IMG/VR virus record: IMGVR_UViG_3300005613_000024
Coordinates: 27,834 to 91,833 of that record
From: a virus
Length of the DNA: 64,000 nucleotides
Direction: 5' to 3' (one strand)
Shown here piece by piece: positions 1 through 8,781 of the stretch. Numbering within the stretch: the first letter of the stretch is position 1; every line of letters begins with the position of its first letter. The notes under the pieces were generated by a model, which did not search any database, had not been told where the DNA came from, and worked only from the letters and a program-made list of their open reading frames with translations. A program made the translations under genes and the position numbers.

Positions 1-462
1 AATTTGGTTTTTGTTTTTTCTACTCAAGAAGAAACAGGAAATTCAAAATTGTTTCCTGTTGTTAGAGAAATAAGACCCGATTTAGTTATTGAGGCAGATG
101 TGACATTTGCTACCGATTATGGAAATGTTGATGAAATTGAAAGAGAGGTTGGTAGATGTGAATTAGGTAAGGGAATTTCTTTATATAGAGGAGTAGATAT
201 TGACGAAAAATGTTGGGAATTAGCTACTTCTATTGCAAAGAAAAGAAAGATTCCATATCAAGTTCAGACTTGTTCTGGAAGAATTGGATATACTTCTTTA
301 GAAGTTACTAGTGAAGGATATGGGATTAAAGCTCTTGTATGGGGTATACCATTAAGAAGTATGCACGCTCCAACCGAAACTATTCATCTTAACGATTTAT
401 ATACTGGTACAAAATTGCTAACATATTTTTTGCAAAGTAAAAAGTTAAAAGAGATAATCTAA
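1..462 (+). CDS. M42-family (TET/FrvX-like) metallo-aminopeptidase, C-terminal part (5' truncated by window)
   Basis: Motifs FSTQEETG (catalytic EE), ADVTFA and IPLRSMHAPTE match the M42 peptidase metal ligands. Confidence 0.8.
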   Translation, partial: NLVFVFSTQEETGNSKLFPVVREIRPDLVIEADVTFATDYGNVDEIEREVGRCELGKGISLYRGVDIDEKCWELATSIAKKRKIPYQVQTCSGRIGYTSLEVTSEGYGIKALVWGIPLRSMHAPTETIHLNDLYTGTKLLTYFLQSKKLKEII

Positions 463-635
463 TGCATAAACATAAACTAAAATTTTTAAGACAATCGGGT
501 ATTTTACATGAAGGTAAATATAAGACAATTGATATTTATCAATGTATAGATTGTAATAAATATTGTATAATAGATACAAAAACAGATAAACGAATTTCTT
601 TAAACGGTGATATTGGAGAAGAGATAGATGACTAA
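462..635 (+). CDS. small hypothetical protein (57 aa, CxxC), absent from ORF track
   Basis: ATG overlaps upstream stop (TAATG); hand translation MHKHKLKFLRQ...YQCIDCNKYC... Confidence 0.5.
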   Translation: MHKHKLKFLRQSGILHEGKYKTIDIYQCIDCNKYCIIDTKTDKRISLNGDIGEEIDD

Positions 636-774
636 TTATTGTCATCACTGTAGAAAACTTGTAAATGTAAAAAAAGAAATTGATGATTATTCTAGTTTTT
701 ATAATTTGATTATCGTCAGTTGCGAAAATTGCAGAACATTTCTTTATCAATATCTACAAAAGAAAGATATTTAA
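628..774 (+). CDS. small zinc-ribbon protein (48 aa), absent from ORF track
   Basis: GGAG upstream; MTNYCHHCRK...SCENCRTF; its stop overlaps the next ATG (TAATG). Confidence 0.6.
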   Translation: MTNYCHHCRKLVNVKKEIDDYSSFYNLIIVSCENCRTFLYQYLQKKDI

Positions 775-2423
775 TGATTGGCGACCCCTTAATTTTATCA
801 CAAAAAGACTATGATAGAGCCAATGAAGTTATAAAGAATTTGAAAGATGAAAAAATTATTTTGATAGGTGGGACTTCGGGCAGTCATAAATGCTTTGGTA
901 AAGGTACTAAAATTTTGATGTATGATACATCATTAAAAAACGTAGAAGATATTAAAGTTGGAGATGAATTATTAGGCCCAGATGGAACAAAAAGAACTGT
1001 CAAAAAAATTCATTCTGGAATGGACAATCTATACAAAGTTAAACAAAAAAGAGGAATTTCATACATTGTAAACTCGAATCATTTATTATGCTTAAAATAT
1101 TATAGATTTAATACAAGAGCTAAAAAAAGAGCAAAAGACGGATATATAAATATTGATGTGAAGAGTTGGAATAATTTATCGAATTATCATAAATTAATTT
1201 ATAAAGGATATAAATCAGAAGGATTTGATTTGCCACATAAAAAACTTGCTTTAGAGCCTTATTTTTTAGGTTTATGGTTAGGTGATGGAAGAAATAGCAG
1301 TCAAGAAATATGTAGCAAGGATTTTGAAATTAGAGATTATTTACAAGATTATGCAAATAGACTTGACATGAAATTAAGTGTATATTGTGATAATTCAAAA
1401 AAAAGATGTAATTCTTATTCTATATGTAGAAAAAATCAGAAAAAACTCTCAAAAGTGTTGTACTGGTTAAGAGATTTAAAGATTTTGAATAATAAGCATA
1501 TTCCTTATATTTATAAATGGAACACTAAACAAGTAAGATTAGAATTATTAGCAGGATTGTTAGATACAGATGGATGTTATACAAAAAATAATGAATTTAC
1601 AATTAGCACAAAATATTTAAAACTTGCAAATGATATTTGTTGGCTATGTAGCAGTTTAGGGTTTTATTGTTCTTGTACAAAATTTAAAGTTAAAAATTAT
1701 CCAGATAATAATTATTATAGAATTAACATTGACGGATTTCTAAATACTATACCTACTCGAATTTTGAGAAAAAAAGCAAAACCCAGAAAACAGGTAAAAA
1801 ATCATTTGATTTCTGGTATAGATATAAATTATATAGAATTCGGTTATTATTATGGATTCGAAGTAGATAAAGACCATTTATTTCTGTTAGAAGATTTTAC
1901 TGTGGTGCATAATTCAGAGTTATCTTATTGTATTCAAAAACTTCTTTCCGATAAACGAAAATCAAGTCTTGTTATTTCTTTGGATGATTATTACAGTATT
2001 ATCCCTTCTCTTAGAGCTATTAATCGTAAAAAAATGGGATTAGATTCAGTAGGGTTAAGTGAAATTGATTGGGAGAATTTACAACGAATCTACGAGGATT
2101 TTAATAATAAAAGAGAAATTCATTTTAAAAGACTACATAGATTTTTAGATACAGTTGAACATAATGCTATTACAAATAGCGAAGACATAAATTATGTTCT
2201 TTTTGAAGGTCTTTATGCTAATTATCTTAGAAAATTTTACAATGATAACTTTTCTGTATTTCTTGAAGGAAGCCCCACGCAGACTTTAGAATTTAGAAAA
2301 TTAAGAGGTAAAGAAGACGAGAACGATACTTTTCGTAAGCAAGTTGTTGAGAAAGAGTATAGAGTAGTATCACAGCTTCGCCGTTATGCTGATATGTTTT
2401 TATCTCACGAAAGTAAATCATGA
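774..2423 (+). CDS. uridine/nucleoside-kinase-like P-loop NTPase interrupted by an intein
   Basis: Joined exteins read IILIGGTSGSHK/SELS...VISLDDYY...VLFEGLYA, typical of the NK/uridine kinase fold; ATG 774 is preferred over TTG 720 because of TAATG coupling. Confidence 0.7.
   Translation: MIGDPLILSQKDYDRANEVIKNLKDEKIILIGGTSGSHKCFGKGTKILMYDTSLKNVEDIKVGDELLGPDGTKRTVKKIHSGMDNLYKVKQKRGISYIVNSNHLLCLKYYRFNTRAKKRAKDGYINIDVKSWNNLSNYHKLIYKGYKSEGFDLPHKKLALEPYFLGLWLGDGRNSSQEICSKDFEIRDYLQDYANRLDMKLSVYCDNSKKRCNSYSICRKNQKKLSKVLYWLRDLKILNNKHIPYIYKWNTKQVRLELLAGLLDTDGCYTKNNEFTISTKYLKLANDICWLCSSLGFYCSCTKFKVKNYPDNNYYRINIDGFLNTIPTRILRKKAKPRKQVKNHLISGIDINYIEFGYYYGFEVDKDHLFLLEDFTVVHNSELSYCIQKLLSDKRKSSLVISLDDYYSIIPSLRAINRKKMGLDSVGLSEIDWENLQRIYEDFNNKREIHFKRLHRFLDTVEHNAITNSEDINYVLFEGLYANYLRKFYNDNFSVFLEGSPTQTLEFRKLRGKEDENDTFRKQVVEKEYRVVSQLRRYADMFLSHESKS
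891..1913 (+). mobile_element. intein (341 aa) with LAGLIDADG homing endonuclease, inserted in the kinase P-loop
   Basis: N-terminal CFGKGTKILMYD; LGLWLGDG and LAGLLDTDG motifs; C-terminal TVVHN followed by Ser. Confidence 0.95.
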
Positions 2424-2545
2424 AAAAGAAAAAATGTATGAACTGTAATGAGAAGAATTTAATAACCGTTTGTAGTGCGTGTAATTTTAAAGCAAATGGA
2501 AATCGTGATTATTGGTTTGCTTTTTACAAATACATAAGGAATTAA
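2420..2545 (+). pseudogene. probable HNH endonuclease remnant (41 aa)
   Basis: KNLITVCSACNFKANGNRDYWFAFYKYI resembles the C-terminus of the HNH protein at 49974-50684 (NNLITLCKVCHLKLNLDIDYWYAYCKYI). Confidence 0.5.
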
Positions 2546-2546
2546 A

Positions 2547-2765
2547 ATGAAGCTGAATTTAACAAAATTAATCAGAAATGATAGAATTTATGATATATCA
2601 AAAGTGTTGCAATTTGCTTATCCTAATGTATCAACAAAAAGAATCTGTCAATTAATTTTAAATAGAGATTCTGTTGACCAAGCAATTATTATATTACAGG
2701 GAGCAAAAGAAATGAAAATGAATATTGATGAATTTGTTAAACTATATTTAAGTCATAAAAAATAA
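2547..2765 (+). CDS. hypothetical protein
   Basis: ORF with AAGGA upstream, in gene-dense context. Confidence 0.6.
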   Translation: MKLNLTKLIRNDRIYDISKVLQFAYPNVSTKRICQLILNRDSVDQAIIILQGAKEMKMNIDEFVKLYLSHKK

Positions 2766-2773
2766 GGATTATA

Positions 2774-3394
2774 ATGCAGACATATTTTACTGGATGTGAA
2801 CACTATTCACATAAAAATATAATAAAATATTGTAATAGACCGTTTTCTTCTTATGAAGAAATGAATATTAAATTAATAAAAAAACATAATGAAAGAGTTA
2901 AAAAAGATGATGTGGTTTATCATCTTGGTGATTTCATATTATACGGAAAAACTAAAACAGGTAACGGAGAAGAAACTAAATCAGATAACATTCTTTCTCA
3001 ATTAAACGGGACTCACATATTTTTAGAAGGGAATCATGATAGAGGGAATAGAAATACTTTAAAAACAAAAAATCAAGAAATTATTTTAAATCAAAACGGA
3101 TTAAGAATTCAGCTTTTACATGACCCAATTTATGCACGAATTGATTATGATTTAATTCTTTGTAGTCATGTACATCGAGCTTGGAAGGTAAAAGAAATTT
3201 ATTATTTAGGGCAAATAAGGCTTTGTATTAATGTAGGTGTAGATGTAAATAACTACATGCCTATTCGTTTAGATGAAATATTATCTATTTATTATCGTTG
3301 GAAAAAAGAAAGAAGTAAAATAAAAAGATGGGAACAGCCTGGGACATTAAAAGAATTAAACAAAGGAACACTGATAGATGAAACTTCTAACTGA
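2774..3394 (+). CDS. calcineurin-like metallophosphoesterase (phage type)
   Basis: YFTGCEH, YHLGDF, GNHD, SHVH, INVGVD motifs. Confidence 0.9.
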   Translation: MQTYFTGCEHYSHKNIIKYCNRPFSSYEEMNIKLIKKHNERVKKDDVVYHLGDFILYGKTKTGNGEETKSDNILSQLNGTHIFLEGNHDRGNRNTLKTKNQEIILNQNGLRIQLLHDPIYARIDYDLILCSHVHRAWKVKEIYYLGQIRLCINVGVDVNNYMPIRLDEILSIYYRWKKERSKIKRWEQPGTLKELNKGTLIDETSN

Positions 3395-3764
3395 ATTGCC
3401 AGAAAATGTTAAACTTAGTCAACACCTTCGAAATGAAGCCGAGGGTTATATAGATGTAATGTTTTTTGGCATTACTTATTATATCCCCGTAACTGCTAGT
3501 TTCAAAAAAGCTTTTAAAGCAAAACGAGTTAAGAATAAATTAATTTTTAATACTTTTAAACAGGACAATGCTATTAAATTTTTTTTAAGAGATTTGATAA
3601 GTTCTATTTATTTACAAATAAGAGATACGATAGGCGAAGAGATTCATAGAAAGTTATCAGACGAGATTAACGAAGGATTATGTGAATTATTTACAAAGCG
3701 ATTAGAAAACAGAATTAATAAAGAATTTAATCAAAAGCAATTGGAATATAAAGATGAAAATTAA
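3378..3764 (+). CDS. hypothetical protein
   Basis: ORF overlapping both neighbours. Confidence 0.6.
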   Translation: MKLLTELPENVKLSQHLRNEAEGYIDVMFFGITYYIPVTASFKKAFKAKRVKNKLIFNTFKQDNAIKFFLRDLISSIYLQIRDTIGEEIHRKLSDEINEGLCELFTKRLENRINKEFNQKQLEYKDEN

Positions 3765-4239
3765 AGTATTTGGTGAATTAGAAATTCAAAGATTTAAAAC
3801 AAACGAAGAACATATTGTAATAAGTGTTCAAGACCCTAATTATGATTTTGTTAAATTACCAGAACAAAAATCAAGATTAGGATGGATAGGTTTAAAACTT
3901 CATGATTCAGATACTAATATTTGTCCAGAAACTTCAAAAGAAAATACAAATATAGTTCTATTTAACAAACTTCATGCTCAGTCTATTTTAAATTTTTTAA
4001 ACGAATGGAAAAATGGAGTAAACTTGATTTGTATAAATTGTGGTGTAGGAATTTCAAGAAGTGCTGGTATTGCAGGTGCATTGAGTAAGATTTTAAATGG
4101 AGATGATGATTATTATTTTAAGAATTATTGCCCTAATATGCTGGTTTATCGTACTATTTTAAATGAGTATTATGGTGACAATTTTCATGATTTTAATAAA
4201 AAAGAAATAAAGAGTAATTCAGATATTAAATTTATTTAA
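3754..4239 (+). CDS. predicted protein-tyrosine/dual-specificity phosphatase-like protein
   Basis: CX5R loop NCGVGISRSAG, ISVQDP and C-terminal PNMLVY motifs. Confidence 0.8.
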   Translation: MKIKVFGELEIQRFKTNEEHIVISVQDPNYDFVKLPEQKSRLGWIGLKLHDSDTNICPETSKENTNIVLFNKLHAQSILNFLNEWKNGVNLICINCGVGISRSAGIAGALSKILNGDDDYYFKNYCPNMLVYRTILNEYYGDNFHDFNKKEIKSNSDIKFI

Positions 4240-4251
4240 TTAAGGAAATCT

Positions 4252-6183
4252 ATGAAGAATAAGAAATTAATAAAATCCTTTTTATTGGATTATTTAAAAA
4301 AGAAAGTACCAGGTTTTAAGAAGAAAGGAAAGATGTTGTTCTGTCCCAAATGTCAAGATGAAAAATTAACGGCTAATATTTTTCCAAAAAATAGTAATGA
4401 ACTTTTTTGTTTTTCTCCTGATTGTCAAAAAATAGGAGACATTTTTAAAATATGTAGAGATTTAGAATTTGAAGGAAATCAAGATGTGTCAGACGAATAT
4501 ATTGCTAAACATTTAATTAAGATGTTTTCAATAAAAACAGATGATTATATTAATCAATTATTAGAAAAGTTTGCATCTTGGGAATGGGATTTAGTACCAA
4601 TTAAAAATGATGATAAAATTCCTATCGAGAAAAATTGGACTAATAAAAGTCATAAAGATATTAGAGAATGGCAAGAATGGCTAAAGAATAAAAGTGGCTT
4701 AGGAATGAAAACAGGAGCAATATCTAAAACTACTGGAATAGATGCAGACCTAATTACTAAAGAAGAATCAGAAATTTGGCAAAAAGGAACAGCTAAGAAG
4801 AAAATAGAAGAGATTATAAAAAAGAAAGAGGAGAAATTACAAAAATTAAAATCATTAGAAATGTTTAATGATACTGTTATACAAGACTCTGGATGGAAAG
4901 GTGTTCACTTTTTCTATAAATATGAAGCAGATATTCCTAAATGTTCATTTGATTATGAAGGAATTCATTTTGATATTGAAAATGATGGCGGTTATATCTT
5001 AATAGAACCTTCTACTTTTGCAGGAAAAACAAGAAAAATAGAAGGAGAAATTATAGAAAAAATGAGTTCTGAATTAAAAGATTTAATTCTTTCGAATATT
5101 GGTAAAAAGTCAGAAGAAAAAATAGATGACAAAGAAACAAAACTAGAAAATAATGATAGTGAGTTGATTAAAGGGTTGGACGGAAAATGTAATTCTACTT
5201 TTGTTCAAGTTGGTGGGATGTTTCGTAAATTTATGAATGTAAGGCAAACAGAACAAGCACTTTTTCTCGTAAACAAACACATGCTAGATGACCCAATGGA
5301 TTACAAATCTGTTAAATCTATGTGTCAACAAATAGAAAAGTATCATCAAGTTGACTTAGAAACAATAAGCAAAGAAATTATGAATCATATGCATATTGTC
5401 AAGGATGCTCATGTAAGAGATTTAAAAGAATGTTTGGGTTATGATAGAAAAGATTTAGAGCAAGCTGTTAAATATCTATGCGACCACAAAAAATTATATA
5501 AAATTAAGAAAGATTTATATAGACTAATAGAAGATATAGAATGGCAAGAAGATTTTATGAATTTAATAAAACCAATAAATTTTGATGTACCTTATTTTAA
5601 CGAATACGCTTGTTTTAATCAGGGTTCGATGATTGTGATTGGAGCAAAAAGTGGATATGGGAAAACGCATATAAACATGAATATTATTAAAAAGCTTATA
5701 GAGGATGGTCATTATCCTTATTTATTGTCTACCGAAGGTGGTGGTGGATTTGCAAAAGTAGCTCAAACATTAGGAGTGAAAGAAGGGGATTTTGCCTATA
5801 AAGTTTTAAGAGACCCTTCAATTGCAACTTTAAAACCAAATGCTATAACTATAATTGATTGGCTCAAAGCTCCCGATGGCGAACATGCTAAAACGGATGT
5901 TATGTACGAAAAGATTAATGACCAGTTAATAGAGAAAGGTGGATTAACTATTATTTTTGCTCAATTAAAGAAAGAAAATGGAGGTTTTTATGCAGAAAAC
6001 ATGGTAGAGCAATATGCCTCTCTTGTTGCTAAATTTTATTACCCTTCTATAAACGGAGTTTCAGATAATTTGCACCCTTATTTTAAAACTAATAAAATTC
6101 GGGATTCTAAAGTTGGAAGACAATTTATAGAAATTCCGCTAGTATTTAATCCAGATACAAAAATTTTGGAGTTGAAAAAATGA
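4252..6183 (+). CDS. primase-polymerase (AEP Prim-Pol) with N-terminal Zn finger fused to RecA-like helicase/ATPase
   Basis: CPKC...CFSPDC; GMKTG...GIDAD, KGVHFFY, GGYILIEPS (Prim-Pol); Walker A GAKSGYGKT, Walker B TIIDW. Confidence 0.85.
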   Translation: MKNKKLIKSFLLDYLKKKVPGFKKKGKMLFCPKCQDEKLTANIFPKNSNELFCFSPDCQKIGDIFKICRDLEFEGNQDVSDEYIAKHLIKMFSIKTDDYINQLLEKFASWEWDLVPIKNDDKIPIEKNWTNKSHKDIREWQEWLKNKSGLGMKTGAISKTTGIDADLITKEESEIWQKGTAKKKIEEIIKKKEEKLQKLKSLEMFNDTVIQDSGWKGVHFFYKYEADIPKCSFDYEGIHFDIENDGGYILIEPSTFAGKTRKIEGEIIEKMSSELKDLILSNIGKKSEEKIDDKETKLENNDSELIKGLDGKCNSTFVQVGGMFRKFMNVRQTEQALFLVNKHMLDDPMDYKSVKSMCQQIEKYHQVDLETISKEIMNHMHIVKDAHVRDLKECLGYDRKDLEQAVKYLCDHKKLYKIKKDLYRLIEDIEWQEDFMNLIKPINFDVPYFNEYACFNQGSMIVIGAKSGYGKTHINMNIIKKLIEDGHYPYLLSTEGGGGFAKVAQTLGVKEGDFAYKVLRDPSIATLKPNAITIIDWLKAPDGEHAKTDVMYEKINDQLIEKGGLTIIFAQLKKENGGFYAENMVEQYASLVAKFYYPSINGVSDNLHPYFKTNKIRDSKVGRQFIEIPLVFNPDTKILELKK

Positions 6184-6758
6184 AAATAAAAATTATAGAC
6201 TTAGAAAAAAAGTTAAATAAAAAGATAAAAAGAAATTTTAAGTCAATAGGATTAGATACAGCACAAAAATCAGGAATTGTTTTTTTGAAAACTGATAAAA
6301 CTTATCTCTATATTGACGGTTTAGTTTTAGGATTTAATACTAAAGATAGAAAAGAGATATATGCCACTATGGTTAAAACATTTGAAAAATTAATTCAAGA
6401 AGAAGATATTGCAGTTATTGAAGATGTTTTTATTGGATTTAATCGAAAAGGTTCACTTGAATTAGTTCGTTACGGGGCATACGCTATCGCAGAATGTATC
6501 AAAAAAAGTATAGACTATGAAATTATTTTAGCTCAAACAGCAAGAGCAAAATTTAAAATAGATACTAGAAGTGAAGGAAAAGGAAGAAGCAAAATTGCTG
6601 TAGGTAAATGGGTCTATAGTTTAGGAATAGATTTAAAAGATAATAATTTAGTAGATGGATTTATTTTGGCTTTATTAGGAATTTGTAAAGATATAGATTT
6701 TAAACCGAAAACCAAAAAGAAGAAAAAGAAAGTTAAAACAACGAGTAAAAGAAAATGA
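6180..6758 (+). CDS. RuvC-like Holliday junction resolvase
   Basis: SIGLDTAQKSG, AVIEDVF and NNLVDGF acidic catalytic motifs; lysine-rich C-terminal tail. Confidence 0.75.
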   Translation: MKIKIIDLEKKLNKKIKRNFKSIGLDTAQKSGIVFLKTDKTYLYIDGLVLGFNTKDRKEIYATMVKTFEKLIQEEDIAVIEDVFIGFNRKGSLELVRYGAYAIAECIKKSIDYEIILAQTARAKFKIDTRSEGKGRSKIAVGKWVYSLGIDLKDNNLVDGFILALLGICKDIDFKPKTKKKKKKVKTTSKRK

Positions 6759-6958
6759 AAAAATTTATAATGTCATATTATAATTGGAGATTACATGGTC
6801 TTGTAGAGGCTCAACAAGATTATTCTCGTTATTTATGTTTATATGGAGAAACTAATACAATAGAATGCATAGGTTTAGAATTTATGGTTAAGTGGCAAGA
6901 CTTTTTATTAGAAGTTACAAAATCTCTTATACCTAAACAATGGATAAAGAATTCATGA
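6755..6958 (+). CDS. hypothetical protein
   Basis: ATGA-coupled ORF. Confidence 0.55.
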   Translation: MKKFIMSYYNWRLHGLVEAQQDYSRYLCLYGETNTIECIGLEFMVKWQDFLLEVTKSLIPKQWIKNS

Positions 6959-7185
6959 AAAAGTGTAAATATTGTAATTCTATTTGGGTTTGTTGGAATT
7001 GGATTTATGTTCCAAAAGATAAATATAAAGAATTAAATCCTCATAAAAATATAAAGACAGATTTTTGGGGACATGAATGTTGGAAATGTGAAGGTTGTCA
7101 AGAAACTTCTTATCAAGTAAAAAATGGTATTCCTTATTTTATATTATATCATTTTTATGGTTTATTCAAAGGAATAATTAAGTGA
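6955..7185 (+). CDS. small zinc-finger protein
   Basis: CKYC...HECWKC; ATGA-coupled start MKKCKYC preferred over 6940. Confidence 0.6.
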   Translation: MKKCKYCNSIWVCWNWIYVPKDKYKELNPHKNIKTDFWGHECWKCEGCQETSYQVKNGIPYFILYHFYGLFKGIIK

Positions 7186-7376
7186 AAAAATTATTAGATT
7201 ATATTAAACATCAAATTTATAATTTTAAACATTTTTTAATTTATAAACGATTCGGATATATTATTTGGATAAAGTCCATTAAAAGATATATTTTATTTTG
7301 TTCTAAATGTGGAGAATATATTTGTTCTGATGGATTATGTTCTAATCCGTTTTGCCCTGAGAGAATAAATCAATGA
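7182..7376 (+). CDS. small Cys-rich protein
   Basis: CSKCG...CSNPFCP; coupled overlaps. Confidence 0.55.
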   Translation: MKKLLDYIKHQIYNFKHFLIYKRFGYIIWIKSIKRYILFCSKCGEYICSDGLCSNPFCPERINQ

Positions 7377-7696
7377 AAAAAGAATGGGAAAAACTTGAAG
7401 AATTTATTCTTGAACACATAAAAGAGATAGATTCTTATGCTAAGAAAAGTCCTGGTTCGGGTAACAAGGGAAGAAAGGGAGATTTAGTTACCAAGTGTGG
7501 CTTGAAAATAGAATGTAAAGATAATCAAAGTCTGAAAAATGCTTATAAAGAAGTAGATATGCAAAAAATTATAGAAGAAGTTCCATTACACTCACAAGAT
7601 ATACCTATTTTGATAACAAGAAATAAAGATAAAAAAATAAGAGTACATTTAGATTTTAAAGATTTTTGGGAAATTTATAAAGGGAGTATAAAATGA
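7373..7696 (+). CDS. PD-(D/E)xK nuclease, Hjc-like resolvase family
   Basis: E...PGSG...KGDL...KIECK motif spacing. Confidence 0.75.
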   Translation: MKKEWEKLEEFILEHIKEIDSYAKKSPGSGNKGRKGDLVTKCGLKIECKDNQSLKNAYKEVDMQKIIEEVPLHSQDIPILITRNKDKKIRVHLDFKDFWEIYKGSIK

Positions 7697-8118
7697 ATAA
7701 TTTAGAATATATACTTAAAAAATATAAAATTAAAATTAATAAGCCATCTATTAAAAATGATGTTATTAGATGGTATCAAAATGAATGTAGACTTTATATG
7801 GATGAATATGAAAAAATGAAAGAAAAGAGAAAAATATATCTATTTGAACATATTTTTAGTTTCGTTTCCAGAATTAATATACATCAATACGAATTTAAGA
7901 ATGAAAAATTAATTAAGACAGTATTATTCATAAAAGAGCTACCTAAGCTTTTTTGTAGATGCATGTTTAGACCTGAAACAGAAACTAAATTAAAAGAAGA
8001 AAATAGAGTATCTAAAAATGTTTTTGGAATTTCGCCAGCTTTGAAAGCATTAAAAGTCATCAAACAAAAAGAAAAAATAGATACTTATTTTTATAATCGC
8101 TGGCTGAGGAGAAATTAA
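7693..8118 (+). CDS. hypothetical protein
   Basis: Coupled ORF with GGGAG upstream. Confidence 0.6.
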   Translation: MNNLEYILKKYKIKINKPSIKNDVIRWYQNECRLYMDEYEKMKEKRKIYLFEHIFSFVSRINIHQYEFKNEKLIKTVLFIKELPKLFCRCMFRPETETKLKEENRVSKNVFGISPALKALKVIKQKEKIDTYFYNRWLRRN

Positions 8119-8772
8119 ATGAATATTTTCTGGTATATATTTTACATAGACGCTTGGCTTCTAGCAATATTGTATATTTGGGGCGAGATAGCAGTAAAGA
8201 TGGAATTTAAAGATACTTGGAAAGACGAGAAGACGATGGAAGTTAAAAAATCTCGCCGTCTTTCTAAAGCTTGGCTGAAAGTTCATCCTATTTTAGATTT
8301 TCTTCAAAATTGTCATTATGAAATTGGTTGGAAATTAAAAATCCCTGAAGAAATTTATGATGAAATTAAATGGTTTATTCAAAGAGGTAAGAGAGGTTAT
8401 TCTGATAGAGATGTTTGGGGATTTCATTATTATTTAGCAGATGTTATCTTTAATGGAATAAAAGATTTTAAAAAACAAGTTCATGGTGTTCCTTGCGATA
8501 TTCCTAAAAAGATAGGCGAAAAGCATTCTTCTAAATTAAGAAAATCAATAAAAGAGTGGAAAAGAATTTTAGGAGAAATTCAGTGGACATTTAAAACTGT
8601 TAAAAAAATAGATAACGGTAACTGGATTTTAGTAGAAAATGAAAAACAACGAAAGAGAATTAAAAGTTTGAAATTTCGTAAAAAATATCATATAATGACA
8701 AAAGAAGAATGTAAAAGGTATAACGAAGGTTGGAAACTTTTTAAAAAGTATTTTTACAATTTATGGGATTAA
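8119..8772 (+). CDS. conserved phage hypothetical protein with N-terminal hydrophobic segment
   Basis: WFIQRGKRGYSDRDVW and terminal FYNLWD motifs, seen in many phage hypothetical proteins. Confidence 0.65.
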   Translation: MNIFWYIFYIDAWLLAILYIWGEIAVKMEFKDTWKDEKTMEVKKSRRLSKAWLKVHPILDFLQNCHYEIGWKLKIPEEIYDEIKWFIQRGKRGYSDRDVWGFHYYLADVIFNGIKDFKKQVHGVPCDIPKKIGEKHSSKLRKSIKEWKRILGEIQWTFKTVKKIDNGNWILVENEKQRKRIKSLKFRKKYHIMTKEECKRYNEGWKLFKKYFYNLWD

Positions 8773-8781
8773 GGAGAATTT

